This document shows positions 10,216-18,557 of a DNA stretch of 64,000 bases, piece by piece; the first letter of the stretch is position 1, and every line of letters begins with the position of its first letter. This DNA comes from Candidatus Saccharimonadota bacterium (GTDB taxonomy: Bacteria; Patescibacteriota; Saccharimonadia; Saccharimonadales; Saccharimonadaceae). The notes beneath the pieces are model-generated. The model had not been told where the DNA came from. It worked only from the letters and a program-made list of their open reading frames with translations, and searched no databases. Both the position numbers and the translations under genes were made by a program. Location of the stretch: assembly GCA_017432425.1 (NCBI GenBank), contig JAFRJE010000010.1, positions 11,065-75,064 on the forward strand. Reading direction: 5' to 3'.

Positions 10216-10301
10216 TGGCGGAAGGGACAAGATTCGAACTTGCGAGGCGTTAACCTGCCGGTTTTCAAGACCGGTGCCTTAAACCACTCGGCCACCCTTC
10301 C
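10216..10301 (-). tRNA. tRNA-Ser (anticodon UGA), CCA encoded
   Basis: The reverse complement folds as GGAAGGG acceptor, GCCGAGTGG D-loop, CCGGT-CTTGAAA-ACCGG anticodon arm, long variable arm, GTTCGAATC T-loop, then CCA. Confidence 0.9.
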
Positions 10302-10379
10302 ACTCTTTATTTTACCATATTCCTCTAAAAACCAAAAGTTTAAAAACTTTCCTTAAAATCTGTTATACTGTAATTAAGA

Positions 10380-11087
10380 ATGTCAATCCTAAAGAAAAAT
10401 CTCTCGAAAAAAACAAAATTTAGCGTCGCGCTTATAATCCTCTTAATTATTGCGCTCAGCGTTTATATTTTTTGGGACATAAAAAACCTCGGGCCCCTAA
10501 CGAGCTTAATGACGAACCGCGACGCTCTAATTAAAAGCGTTAAAGACGCCGGAGTTTTTGGACCTCTCGCCTATATCCTCCTCCAAATCCTCCAAACCGT
10601 CCTCGCTCCGATTCCTGGCGGCGTAATTTCCCCGATTGGCGGCTTCCTCTTTGGTTGGTGGGGAGTTGTTTGGACCAGTATTGGCGCGACGCTCGGTGCG
10701 TGGATTGTTTTTTATATCTCTAAACGTTTCGGTCGTTCTCTCGTCGAAAAAATCGTCAAAAAAGAAGCTGTCGAAAAATTCGATTTTGTTCTTGGTCGCC
10801 ACGCAACTTTCATCTTGTTTATGCTGTTCTTAATCCCCGGACTTCCCGACGATACGATTTGCTATGTTGGCGGTTTAACAAAAGTCCCAATAAAAACCCT
10901 CGTCGTGATTTTTTTCCTCGGTCGTCTTCCTGCCGTCGTCGCGAACAACTATTTCGGCATGGGCTTTAGCGAAGGGAACTACCTCGCGGTTATTCTTTCT
11001 TCCGTCCTCGGTCTAGTTATTCTCGGCTTAATTTATTGGAAACAAGAAGAAATTATTTCTCTTCTAAAATCTAAAAACAAGAACTAA
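10380..11087 (+). CDS. TVP38/TMEM64 (DedA-related) family membrane protein
   Basis: VLAPIPGGVISPIGGFLFGWWGV...YISKRFGR and LIPGLPDDTICYVGG motifs, multi-pass. Confidence 0.7.
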   Translation: MSILKKNLSKKTKFSVALIILLIIALSVYIFWDIKNLGPLTSLMTNRDALIKSVKDAGVFGPLAYILLQILQTVLAPIPGGVISPIGGFLFGWWGVVWTSIGATLGAWIVFYISKRFGRSLVEKIVKKEAVEKFDFVLGRHATFILFMLFLIPGLPDDTICYVGGLTKVPIKTLVVIFFLGRLPAVVANNYFGMGFSEGNYLAVILSSVLGLVILGLIYWKQEEIISLLKSKNKN

Positions 11088-11090
11088 AAT

Positions 11091-12608
11091 TTATTTCGCG
11101 TATTCAATCGCTCGCGTTTCGCGAATTACGTTGACTTTAATTACGCCAGGATAGCTCATCGTTGCTTCAATTTTGTTCGCAATATCTCGCGCGAGTTTTA
11201 GCGCCGTCAAATCATCAATTTGTTTTGGCTCAACAATCACGCGAATTTCTCGTCCCGCCGAAATCGCATATGCCTTATCAATTCCGTTAAAGCTCGTTGC
11301 GATATTTTCGAGATCGCGCATTCTTTCCGCAAAGTTCTCCGCCGAGATATTTCTCGCCCCCGGACGCGCCGCCGAAATCGCGTCGCAAATTTTAACAATT
11401 ACTGCTTCCGGCGTCGTCGGTTCAATATCATCGTGATGCGCCGCAATCGCGTGGACAACTGCGTCGTTCATTCCGTATTTCTTCGCTAGCTCCGCCCCAA
11501 TTTCCGCATGTTTCCCCTCGATTTTGTGCGTAACTGCTTTTCCAATATCATGAAGCAAGGTTGCTGTCTTCGTTATTCGCTTATCCGCCCCAATTTCTTC
11601 CGCAATCATTCCGGCAATATGTGCCATCTCAATACTATGTAAAAGTACATTCTGCCCATAGCTCGTCCTAAACTTCAATTCTCCGAGCAGATGTAAAATT
11701 TCGCGCGGAATCCCAACGACTCCAACTTCCCTCGCCGCGTCTTCGCCGGCTCTAACGACTTCCTTTTCAATTTCTTTCTCGGCTTTCATAACCGCTTCCT
11801 CGATCGACGCCGGATTTATTCTCCCGTCTTTCATCAATCGCTCAAGCGCATATCTCGCAACTTGTCGCCTAATCGGGTCAAAGCTCGACAGAACAACCAT
11901 TCCTGGCGTATCGTCAACCATAATATCAACCCCCGTTGCCCTCTGTAATGCCTGAATGTTGCGCCCCTCTTTTCCAATAATCCTTCCTTTCATTTCGTCG
12001 TCCGGCAACTTCAACGCCGTAATCGTCCTGTCTGCCGTAACTTCGCTCGACATTCTCTCCATCGCCGTCAATAATATCGCCTGCGCCGTCTCGTCAATAT
12101 CGTGTTTAATTTCTTTTTGTTCTTTCGCAACTAACCCGACTAAATCTTGTTTAATGTCGTTCTCGGTCATCATCATCAACTTCTCGCGCGCTTCTTGTTT
12201 CGAGAGTCCAGCGATTTTCTCCAGCTTTTCATGTTGTTTAACGCGAATTTCGCGAACTTCGCCCTTAAGCTCCTCGAGCTCTTTCTCCTGCTTCGAGATT
12301 CTTTCGGTCTTTTTCTCGATCTGGTCTAACTTTCGGTCGAGCGTTGTTTCTCGTTCGGCGAGTCTGTTTTCTGTTCTTTTCCATTCTTTTCTGCGCTCGT
12401 TTTCTTCCGATTGCGCCTTTTCCGCGACCCTCGTCGCTTCTTTTTTCGCCTCTAAAACGATGTCGCTTGCTTCGCGCTTCGCCTTGCGAACTAAATCTTC
12501 GGCTCGGTCTTTCCCGCCGTTTTCGTTCTTTTTGTTATAAGCAACAACTGCCCCGCCGCCCACTGCTAACCCAGCCACCGCGGCGACTACTATAAAAACT
12601 ATATTCAT
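11091..12608 (-). CDS. rny: Ribonuclease Y
   Basis: N-terminal TM anchor, coiled coil, KH domain (GRIIGKEGRNI), HD domain (LLHDIGKA...AHH). ATG 12608 is preferred over the 20-codon upstream extension. Confidence 0.92.
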   Translation of the reverse strand: MNIVFIVVAAVAGLAVGGGAVVAYNKKNENGGKDRAEDLVRKAKREASDIVLEAKKEATRVAEKAQSEENERRKEWKRTENRLAERETTLDRKLDQIEKKTERISKQEKELEELKGEVREIRVKQHEKLEKIAGLSKQEAREKLMMMTENDIKQDLVGLVAKEQKEIKHDIDETAQAILLTAMERMSSEVTADRTITALKLPDDEMKGRIIGKEGRNIQALQRATGVDIMVDDTPGMVVLSSFDPIRRQVARYALERLMKDGRINPASIEEAVMKAEKEIEKEVVRAGEDAAREVGVVGIPREILHLLGELKFRTSYGQNVLLHSIEMAHIAGMIAEEIGADKRITKTATLLHDIGKAVTHKIEGKHAEIGAELAKKYGMNDAVVHAIAAHHDDIEPTTPEAVIVKICDAISAARPGARNISAENFAERMRDLENIATSFNGIDKAYAISAGREIRVIVEPKQIDDLTALKLARDIANKIEATMSYPGVIKVNVIRETRAIEYAK

Positions 12609-12718
12609 TTTTTCTTCTTTCCTATTTTTCTTTTGTTCTCGTTTTCCTGACGAGAACGCTTTTATCAAAAAATATAAAAATTAAATTAACTTCGTATAAT
12701 AAATTATATCACAAATTC

Positions 12719-13525
12719 TTAATATTCACTAACGCCGTTTTTATCGGTCAACATCAACTTCAACGCTTGAACCGCCGCGACTTCTAAACCTTTTTCCGCT
12801 TCGTCTGTCGCGAAAACTGCTTGCGGCGCAACGTAGAAATAATTATATTTTCCAACACTTAAAACTTTCTCCCCAAAACTCTTTCCGTTTTCCGCGTCAT
12901 TATCTCCCTCCTCAATCGCAACCCTCATCAAACATCCCATTCCTCCCGGATTCAATCTTACGTTCGCAAACCCCGGCGACGTGACCGTCCCCGCGCTAAC
13001 CGCGTTAAAACAAATCGTCGGTCGATAATTAAAGTTATCATCATAAACATAGGAAATCTTTTCTAACGTATCTTTAACTTTAATTTTTATCCCAAACTCC
13101 TCAAGATAAATAAACCCTTTTCCGGAATTATTCTCAATCTCTTCTTCTAGCTCCGCGACTTTTTGTTGCGCGGCGCTTAGCTCGCTCTCTTGCGTTGCTA
13201 ATTTTTTATCTTGTTCAGTTTTATTCAAAAACAAATATCCCGAAACCCCTAGCCCAACTAACGCCAAAACCCCCATCAAAACCGCAACCGCGACTAGTCC
13301 CGTATTTTTCTTCGGCTGGTTCATTCGTGCCTGTTGTGCCGCGAGTTCTGCCTGTCGCGCCATTTCTTCTTGGTACTGGAGCTGTCTCCTCGCTTCCTCC
13401 TCGGCACGCTTTCTCGCTTCAATTTCCGCCCGAGTTTCCGCGTACGTCCCTCCGACTTTATTTTCCATCGGCGGCACAATCCGCCTATCTTTATTAAAAT
13501 CTAAAAAACTCGGCTTTTCGTTCAT
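12719..13525 (-). CDS. Hypothetical membrane-anchored protein (coiled coil, TM, globular C-domain)
   Basis: 268 aa. Glu/Arg/Gln-rich helix, TM helix LVAVAVLMGVLALVGLGVSGYLF, and an unrecognised C-terminal domain. Confidence 0.6.
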   Translation of the reverse strand: MNEKPSFLDFNKDRRIVPPMENKVGGTYAETRAEIEARKRAEEEARRQLQYQEEMARQAELAAQQARMNQPKKNTGLVAVAVLMGVLALVGLGVSGYLFLNKTEQDKKLATQESELSAAQQKVAELEEEIENNSGKGFIYLEEFGIKIKVKDTLEKISYVYDDNFNYRPTICFNAVSAGTVTSPGFANVRLNPGGMGCLMRVAIEEGDNDAENGKSFGEKVLSVGKYNYFYVAPQAVFATDEAEKGLEVAAVQALKLMLTDKNGVSEY

Positions 13526-13546
13526 ACTTTAATTATAGCATAAACT

Positions 13547-13879
13547 TTATTTTTTTGGCTTGGAAATATTTGCCGCCCGCCCATAATCCGGAATAATAAC
13601 CTTAACTTTTTCGCCTTTATGGTTATAAAGCGGAATCTGAAGTTGGTCGGCAAGCGTATTAACAATCGCCGCCCCGATTCTCAGTCCCGTAAAACTTCCC
13701 GGTCCCGAAAAAAACGTAATCTCGGAAAGGTCTTTAAAATCTTTCCCGTTCTCTTTCAATTTTTCATGAATAAATCCGAGCAGTTTTTCCGCCATTTCTT
13801 TCCCCTCGTCAAACCGATATTCTTTTTCGTCGAGCCTTAAAACCGCCTCAAAATTCGCTGTATCTAAATACATTTTCAT
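13547..13879 (-). CDS. tsaB: Minimal TsaB-like protein (t6A biosynthesis, N-terminal lobe only)
   Basis: FFSGPGSFTGLRIGAAIVNTLA is the TsaB/YeaZ signature. Only 110 aa. Overlaps the tsaE stop (ATGA-type coupling). Confidence 0.6.
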   Translation of the reverse strand: MKMYLDTANFEAVLRLDEKEYRFDEGKEMAEKLLGFIHEKLKENGKDFKDLSEITFFSGPGSFTGLRIGAAIVNTLADQLQIPLYNHKGEKVKVIIPDYGRAANISKPKK

Positions 13880-14307
13880 AATTTAACCTCTCTTCCTCCG
13901 TCGTTTAAATAATTTATTCTAATTCTTCTCGTCGTTTCCGGCAAAACCCCTCGAACGCTCTCCCCCCATTCAACCACAACAACCGTATTTTTTTCGCTAA
14001 GTGCCTCTTCTAACTCGTTCATCATCAGCCCTGGCTCGTCTAACCTATAAAAATCATAATGAACTAGCTCCCCGCCCTTAAACTCTCTTGAAGCGGGAAT
14101 TAAATATCTTTTCGAAATCATAAACGACGGGGAACTAACCGCCTCCTCGACGCCTAGCCCCTCCGCAATCCCTCGCGTCAACGTCGTTTTTCCTGCCCCG
14201 ACGTCCCCAATCAACTCCATTACGACCGGAAACTTCCCGCCCCTAAGAATTTCTTCGCCCAACTTCTTCCCGAGTTCAATCAGTTCTTTTTCAGTTTTAA
14301 CTATCAT
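13876..14307 (-). CDS. tsaE: tRNA t6A37 biosynthesis ATPase TsaE
   Basis: [32 protein letters not shown] motifs. Confidence 0.85.
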   Translation of the reverse strand: MIVKTEKELIELGKKLGEEILRGGKFPVVMELIGDVGAGKTTLTRGIAEGLGVEEAVSSPSFMISKRYLIPASREFKGGELVHYDFYRLDEPGLMMNELEEALSEKNTVVVVEWGESVRGVLPETTRRIRINYLNDGGREVKL

Positions 14308-14328
14308 ATATATATATTATATCACATT

Positions 14329-14355
14329 CTAGCAGTCTTGATTTTCGAGTGCTAA
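14329..14355. promoter_or_regulatory. CIRCE operator upstream of the dnaJ-like gene
   Basis: CTAGCAGTC-N9-GAGTGCTAA, immediately before TATAAT at 14361-14366. Confidence 0.75.
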
Positions 14356-14372
14356 TTTTATATAATGTTATT

Positions 14373-15284
14373 ATGTCAAAACGCGATTATTATGAAATTT
14401 TAGGCGTCAACAAAAACGCTTCTGATGACGAGATTAAAAAGGCTTACCGAAAGTTAGCAATCAAATACCACCCCGACAAAAACCCTGGCAATAAAGAAGC
14501 TGAAGAAAAGTTTAAGGAAGTCTCCGAGGCATACGAAGTTTTAAGCGATAAACAAAAACGCTCCCGCTATGACCAGTTCGGTCACGCTGGCGTCGGCAAC
14601 AATTCCGGCTTTTCTGGCGGTAATCCTTTCGGAAACGGCAATTTCGATTTTAACGGAACCAGCTTTAATTTCGACTTTGGCGGCGGCGGACTCGACGACA
14701 TTCTCGGCAACATCTTCGGTTTCGGCGGCGGTCGCTCGCGTCGCCCCTCTCGTGGTCAAGATTATGAAGTCCAAACCACAATCACCTTTGAAGAAGCAAT
14801 TTTCGGAACCTCAAAAAAAGTTTCCGACCCCTCCTCTGGAAAAGAAATTAAGATAAAAATCCCCGCCGGCATCGACGACGGCATGGCGATCCGTCTCGCT
14901 GGTAAAGGCGGCGAAGCTCCTTCTGGCGGCGTTCGTGGCGACCTCTATATTCGCGTTCGCGTAAAGCCCCATAAATCCCTAACCCGCGAGGGAAATATTA
15001 TCCTCTCCGAAGAAGTCGTCTCTATGGTTGATGCTGCCCTCGGAACCGAAATCGACGTCGAAACCGTTGACGGAACTATAAAAATGAAAGTCCCCGCCGG
15101 AACTCAATCCGGAACTCCGTTTAAACTCTCTGGTCATGGCGTCCCTATGCGCATCGACGGCGACCGCGGGCCTCATATCGTTACGATTATTGTCGAAACC
15201 CCGAAAAACCTCTCCCGAAAGCAAAAAGAATTGCTTGAAGAGTTTAAAAATCCAAAAAATAAAAAACGCGGTTTCTGGAACTAA
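14373..15284 (+). CDS. J-domain co-chaperone, DnaJ/CbpA-like, lacking the zinc-finger domain
   Basis: J domain with HPD (YHPDKN), Gly/Phe-rich region, two C-terminal beta domains. No CxxCxGxG repeats. ATG 14373 ([11 protein letters not shown]) is preferred over 14349. Confidence 0.85.
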   Translation: MSKRDYYEILGVNKNASDDEIKKAYRKLAIKYHPDKNPGNKEAEEKFKEVSEAYEVLSDKQKRSRYDQFGHAGVGNNSGFSGGNPFGNGNFDFNGTSFNFDFGGGGLDDILGNIFGFGGGRSRRPSRGQDYEVQTTITFEEAIFGTSKKVSDPSSGKEIKIKIPAGIDDGMAIRLAGKGGEAPSGGVRGDLYIRVRVKPHKSLTREGNIILSEEVVSMVDAALGTEIDVETVDGTIKMKVPAGTQSGTPFKLSGHGVPMRIDGDRGPHIVTIIVETPKNLSRKQKELLEEFKNPKNKKRGFWN

Positions 15285-15285
15285 C

Positions 15286-15489
15286 TTAAAGATAATAATA
15301 GTCAATTACCCTGTTTGAATAATAGTCAACGATCGCAATATCAACCCCGTTGGCGGCTTTCTCCAGCTTCAAAATCGGCTTCCCGCGTCTATCTCGAATA
15401 ATTCCTGCGTTCGTAACCAGCGCATCATCGAGCGTTCTTCCTCCGCCTAGATACCCTGCGTCTGCTAAAGCCTGCTTTAGAAAGTCCAT
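15286..15489 (-). CDS. Small hypothetical protein (67 aa)
   Basis: ORF only. AAGGAGGAAAAAGGG on the minus strand upstream of the ATG. No recognisable motif. Confidence 0.4.
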   Translation of the reverse strand: MDFLKQALADAGYLGGGRTLDDALVTNAGIIRDRRGKPILKLEKAANGVDIAIVDYYSNRVIDYYYL

Positions 15490-15551
15490 TTTATCCCTTT
15501 TTCCTCCTTAATTTTAAGAAATTATACCGCGCCGAAAAAGATAAATAAACA

Positions 15552-15580
15552 TTGACTTTTTACCTAATCAGTGATATAAT
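15552..15580 (+). promoter_or_regulatory. Sigma70-type promoter (TTGACT-17-TATAAT)
   Basis: TTGACT at 15552-15557, 17-nt spacer, TATAAT at 15575-15580, then AAGGAG and ATG 15589. Confidence 0.55.
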
Positions 15581-15588
15581 TAAGGAGT

Positions 15589-16098
15589 ATGTTTAAAAAC
15601 TTTTCTAAGAGAAAGAACCTAGACATTATCGGTTCGACGGAACTAGTTTCCGTAGAAAATTTTTTGAACATTCCCGCCAAAATCGATACCGGCGCTGATT
15701 CGTCGGCGATTTGGGCGTCGAATATCAACGTTAGCGAAGATGGAGTTTTAAGTTTCTCCCTGTTCGGTAAAGATTCGAAATTCTATACTGGCGAAAAACT
15801 CGAACGCAAAAATTTCCGCGTCCTTATTGTTCGCAGTTCTAACGGCGACGAAGAAATCCGTTACCGAACCGAACTTAGCGTTAAACTCGGTGGTCGAAAA
15901 ATAAAAGCGATGTTCACTCTCGCCGACCGCAGTAAAAACTACTTCCCGATCTTAATCGGTCGGCGAACTCTAAAAAACAAATTCCTCGTTGACGTCTCAA
16001 AACGTGTTGTCGAAAAGGAACAAAACCCGAAAACCCCGACTCTGAACAAAGAATTAAAAGAAAACCCCTTTAAATTTCATCAAAAATATATAAAATAG
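15589..16098 (+). CDS. RimK-associated retropepsin-like protease (DUF785 family)
   Basis: IPAKIDTGADSSAIWA aspartic-protease motif and ILIGRRTLK. Sits directly upstream of rimK. Confidence 0.75.
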   Translation: MFKNFSKRKNLDIIGSTELVSVENFLNIPAKIDTGADSSAIWASNINVSEDGVLSFSLFGKDSKFYTGEKLERKNFRVLIVRSSNGDEEIRYRTELSVKLGGRKIKAMFTLADRSKNYFPILIGRRTLKNKFLVDVSKRVVEKEQNPKTPTLNKELKENPFKFHQKYIK

Positions 16099-16124
16099 CC
16101 TTATGGGGGCTAAAGGAGAAAATT

Positions 16125-17033
16125 ATGAACTTAGCCATTCTCTCAAACGGTAACGCTAACTACTCTACGAAACGTCTCGTCGAGGAGGCTGAAAAGCGTG
16201 GTCATAAAGTTAAAGTCATTAAATACAAAAACTGTTATATGGCTCTCGACAAGAAAAACCCAGACGTTTATTATAAGGGGAAAAAGCTCGAAGGCTTTGA
16301 TGCGATTCTCCCCCGAATCTCTAATAATATGACTCGTTACGGTTGCGCGATTGTTCGTCAGTTCGAGATGCAGGGCGTCTGGACTTCTGCGAACTCGGTT
16401 TCGATTACTCGCGCCCGCGACAAACTGCGCGCCGCCCAGATTCTAACTAAATACGGCGTCGATACCCCGAAAACTCTCGTTTCCCGCAATACCGCCGATA
16501 TTGACGATTTGATTGAACAAATCGGTCTCCCCGTTATTATTAAACTCGCGACCGGAACCCACGGTAACGGCGTTATTCTCGCCGACACGAAAAAAGCCGC
16601 GAAATCCGCGCTTCAGGCTTTCTATCTCTATAACGAAGACGGAACGAACATTCTCCTCCAGGAATACATTAAAGAATCCGCCGGAACCGATATTCGTGCT
16701 TTTGTCGTCGGTAGTCGTGTTGTCGCCTCGATGCAACGCGCCTCTCTCGACGATGATTTCCGCTCCAATCTCCATCAAGGCGGCGCCGGAACTCCGATTA
16801 AATTGACCGACGAAGAAAAGAAAGTCGCTCTAAAAGCCGCAAAAGCAATGAACCTCCACGTTTGTGGTGTCGATTTAATGCGCTCAAATCGCGGCCCGCT
16901 CGTCCTCGAAGTCAACGCTTCTCCTGGGTTCGGGATCGAAAAGGTAACCGGAAAGAACGTCGGCGGAAAAATTATTGAATATATTGAGCATAACGCCCCC
17001 CGCAAAAACTCCAAAGACCGCGTCGGCGCATAA
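16125..17033 (+). CDS. rimK: ATP-grasp ligase RimK (ribosomal protein S6 / alpha-L-glutamate ligase family)
   Basis: Collinear with RimK throughout: PVIIKLATGTHGNGV, DIRAFVVG, RSNLHQGG, GVDLM...LEVNASPG. Confidence 0.9.
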   Translation: MNLAILSNGNANYSTKRLVEEAEKRGHKVKVIKYKNCYMALDKKNPDVYYKGKKLEGFDAILPRISNNMTRYGCAIVRQFEMQGVWTSANSVSITRARDKLRAAQILTKYGVDTPKTLVSRNTADIDDLIEQIGLPVIIKLATGTHGNGVILADTKKAAKSALQAFYLYNEDGTNILLQEYIKESAGTDIRAFVVGSRVVASMQRASLDDDFRSNLHQGGAGTPIKLTDEEKKVALKAAKAMNLHVCGVDLMRSNRGPLVLEVNASPGFGIEKVTGKNVGGKIIEYIEHNAPRKNSKDRVGA

Positions 17034-17038
17034 GCCCG

Positions 17039-18514
17039 ATGAACTTTCTCCTCGAAAAAGTCCACTCTTCCTCGCTTTTTCTCTCTCTTATCCTCGGAAT
17101 TATTTTCGGTACGATTCTTTCGCTCGCCCTAAAAATCAACTTCTTTTCTTCCGTCCTCTGGTTGGTTTTTGTCTCAATTCTAATGATTTATAGTTTCTTA
17201 AAGCCAGCCCGCCTCTTTTTAATTTTAATTTTTCTTGCCGGCGGAATTTTGGCAAACTTCCGTGTTGCCTCCGAACTAAAAAACGAATCTGTGGTCGAAA
17301 GTCTAATCGGAAAAACTCTCGAACTAACCGGCGAAGTCTCCGCCGATCCGTCTCTTTCTGGCTCGACGACCGTCTTAAAATTGTCCAACTTGAGTTTTGC
17401 GAACTCTCCCGACGCCGCCCCTCTAAACGCTTCCGTTTATGTCCAAGTTTCCGTCCCTAGCCCCTCCGTCGTCAAACGCGGTGATTTTTTAACTCTAAGA
17501 GGGGAACTCTCCGCCGGCTTCGGGACTTATTCTGCCTCGCTTTTTCGCCCCGAACTTCTAAAAATCTCTCGTCCGTCCGCGAACCCTCTCCTTGAAACGC
17601 GCGACGCTTTCGCGAACGAAATCAAATCCTCTCTCGACTCTGACGAATCTAGTCTTGGCCTTGCTTATCTCCTCGGTCTCCGCAATGGTCTCTCCGAGGA
17701 GCTGGTCGAAATTCTCTCAATCGTCGGCTTGACCCATATCGTCGTTGCTTCCGGAACCCACCTCTCAATCATCGTCGATTTTATGCGCAAAATTTTCGGA
17801 AAGATTTCGCGCTTTGCTGGATTTTTTTTCGCGGTTCTCCTGATTCTCGTTTTTGCCGAGCTTGTCGGCTGGACCGCCTCGATTACCCGCGCCGCAATTG
17901 TCTCGCTCCTCTCTCTTTCCGCTTGGTACGTCGGGCGCAAGTTCGAGCCTGTTCGGATTATCTTAATTTCAATTGGTCTGACGCTCCTGCTCGACCCGAT
18001 AAACTTGACTAACCTCGGTTGGCTTTTGTCTTTCGGCAGTTTCTCTGGTATTTTGATTCTCGCCCCGCTCCTAACTAAATTTTTCTACGGAGAAAAAACT
18101 CCGAATCTTTTATCGACCGTCCTGCTTGCGACTCTCTCCGCGACTCTAATGACCGCGCCGATTTTGCTTTATTATTTCGGCAGTCTCTCTTTGATTTCGA
18201 TTTTCGCAAACCTCCTAATCCTCCCGACGATTCCGTTCGCGATGGGCTTTACGTTTTTGACTGGGATTTCTGGTTTCTTCTTTCCGCTCCATTGGATTGT
18301 TGTAAAAATCACAACAATCATCTTAGATTACCATCTCCTCGTTATCCGTTTTTTCGGCTCTCAAAAAGTTTTTCTCCTGACCCTCCCCGCGAACGACCCG
18401 CGCGTTTTCCTGCTTTATCTCCCGCTCGTCATTTTAATTTTATATATTGAATTTAAAAAGTTAAAACGAAAAAAATCTCTCCCGAAAAGAGTTCCGCTAT
18501 ATTTTAATTCCTAA
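17039..18514 (+). CDS. comEC: ComEC/Rec2 DNA internalisation channel (DUF4131 + competence domain, no beta-lactamase domain)
   Basis: Multi-pass. LGLTHIVVASGTHLSI is the competence-domain signature. The protein ends at 491 aa, before any metallo-beta-lactamase region. Confidence 0.8.
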   Translation: MNFLLEKVHSSSLFLSLILGIIFGTILSLALKINFFSSVLWLVFVSILMIYSFLKPARLFLILIFLAGGILANFRVASELKNESVVESLIGKTLELTGEVSADPSLSGSTTVLKLSNLSFANSPDAAPLNASVYVQVSVPSPSVVKRGDFLTLRGELSAGFGTYSASLFRPELLKISRPSANPLLETRDAFANEIKSSLDSDESSLGLAYLLGLRNGLSEELVEILSIVGLTHIVVASGTHLSIIVDFMRKIFGKISRFAGFFFAVLLILVFAELVGWTASITRAAIVSLLSLSAWYVGRKFEPVRIILISIGLTLLLDPINLTNLGWLLSFGSFSGILILAPLLTKFFYGEKTPNLLSTVLLATLSATLMTAPILLYYFGSLSLISIFANLLILPTIPFAMGFTFLTGISGFFFPLHWIVVKITTIILDYHLLVIRFFGSQKVFLLTLPANDPRVFLLYLPLVILILYIEFKKLKRKKSLPKRVPLYFNS

Positions 18515-18557
18515 CTAAAATATGTTACTATATATTATAGTAAAAGGAGTCTATGTT

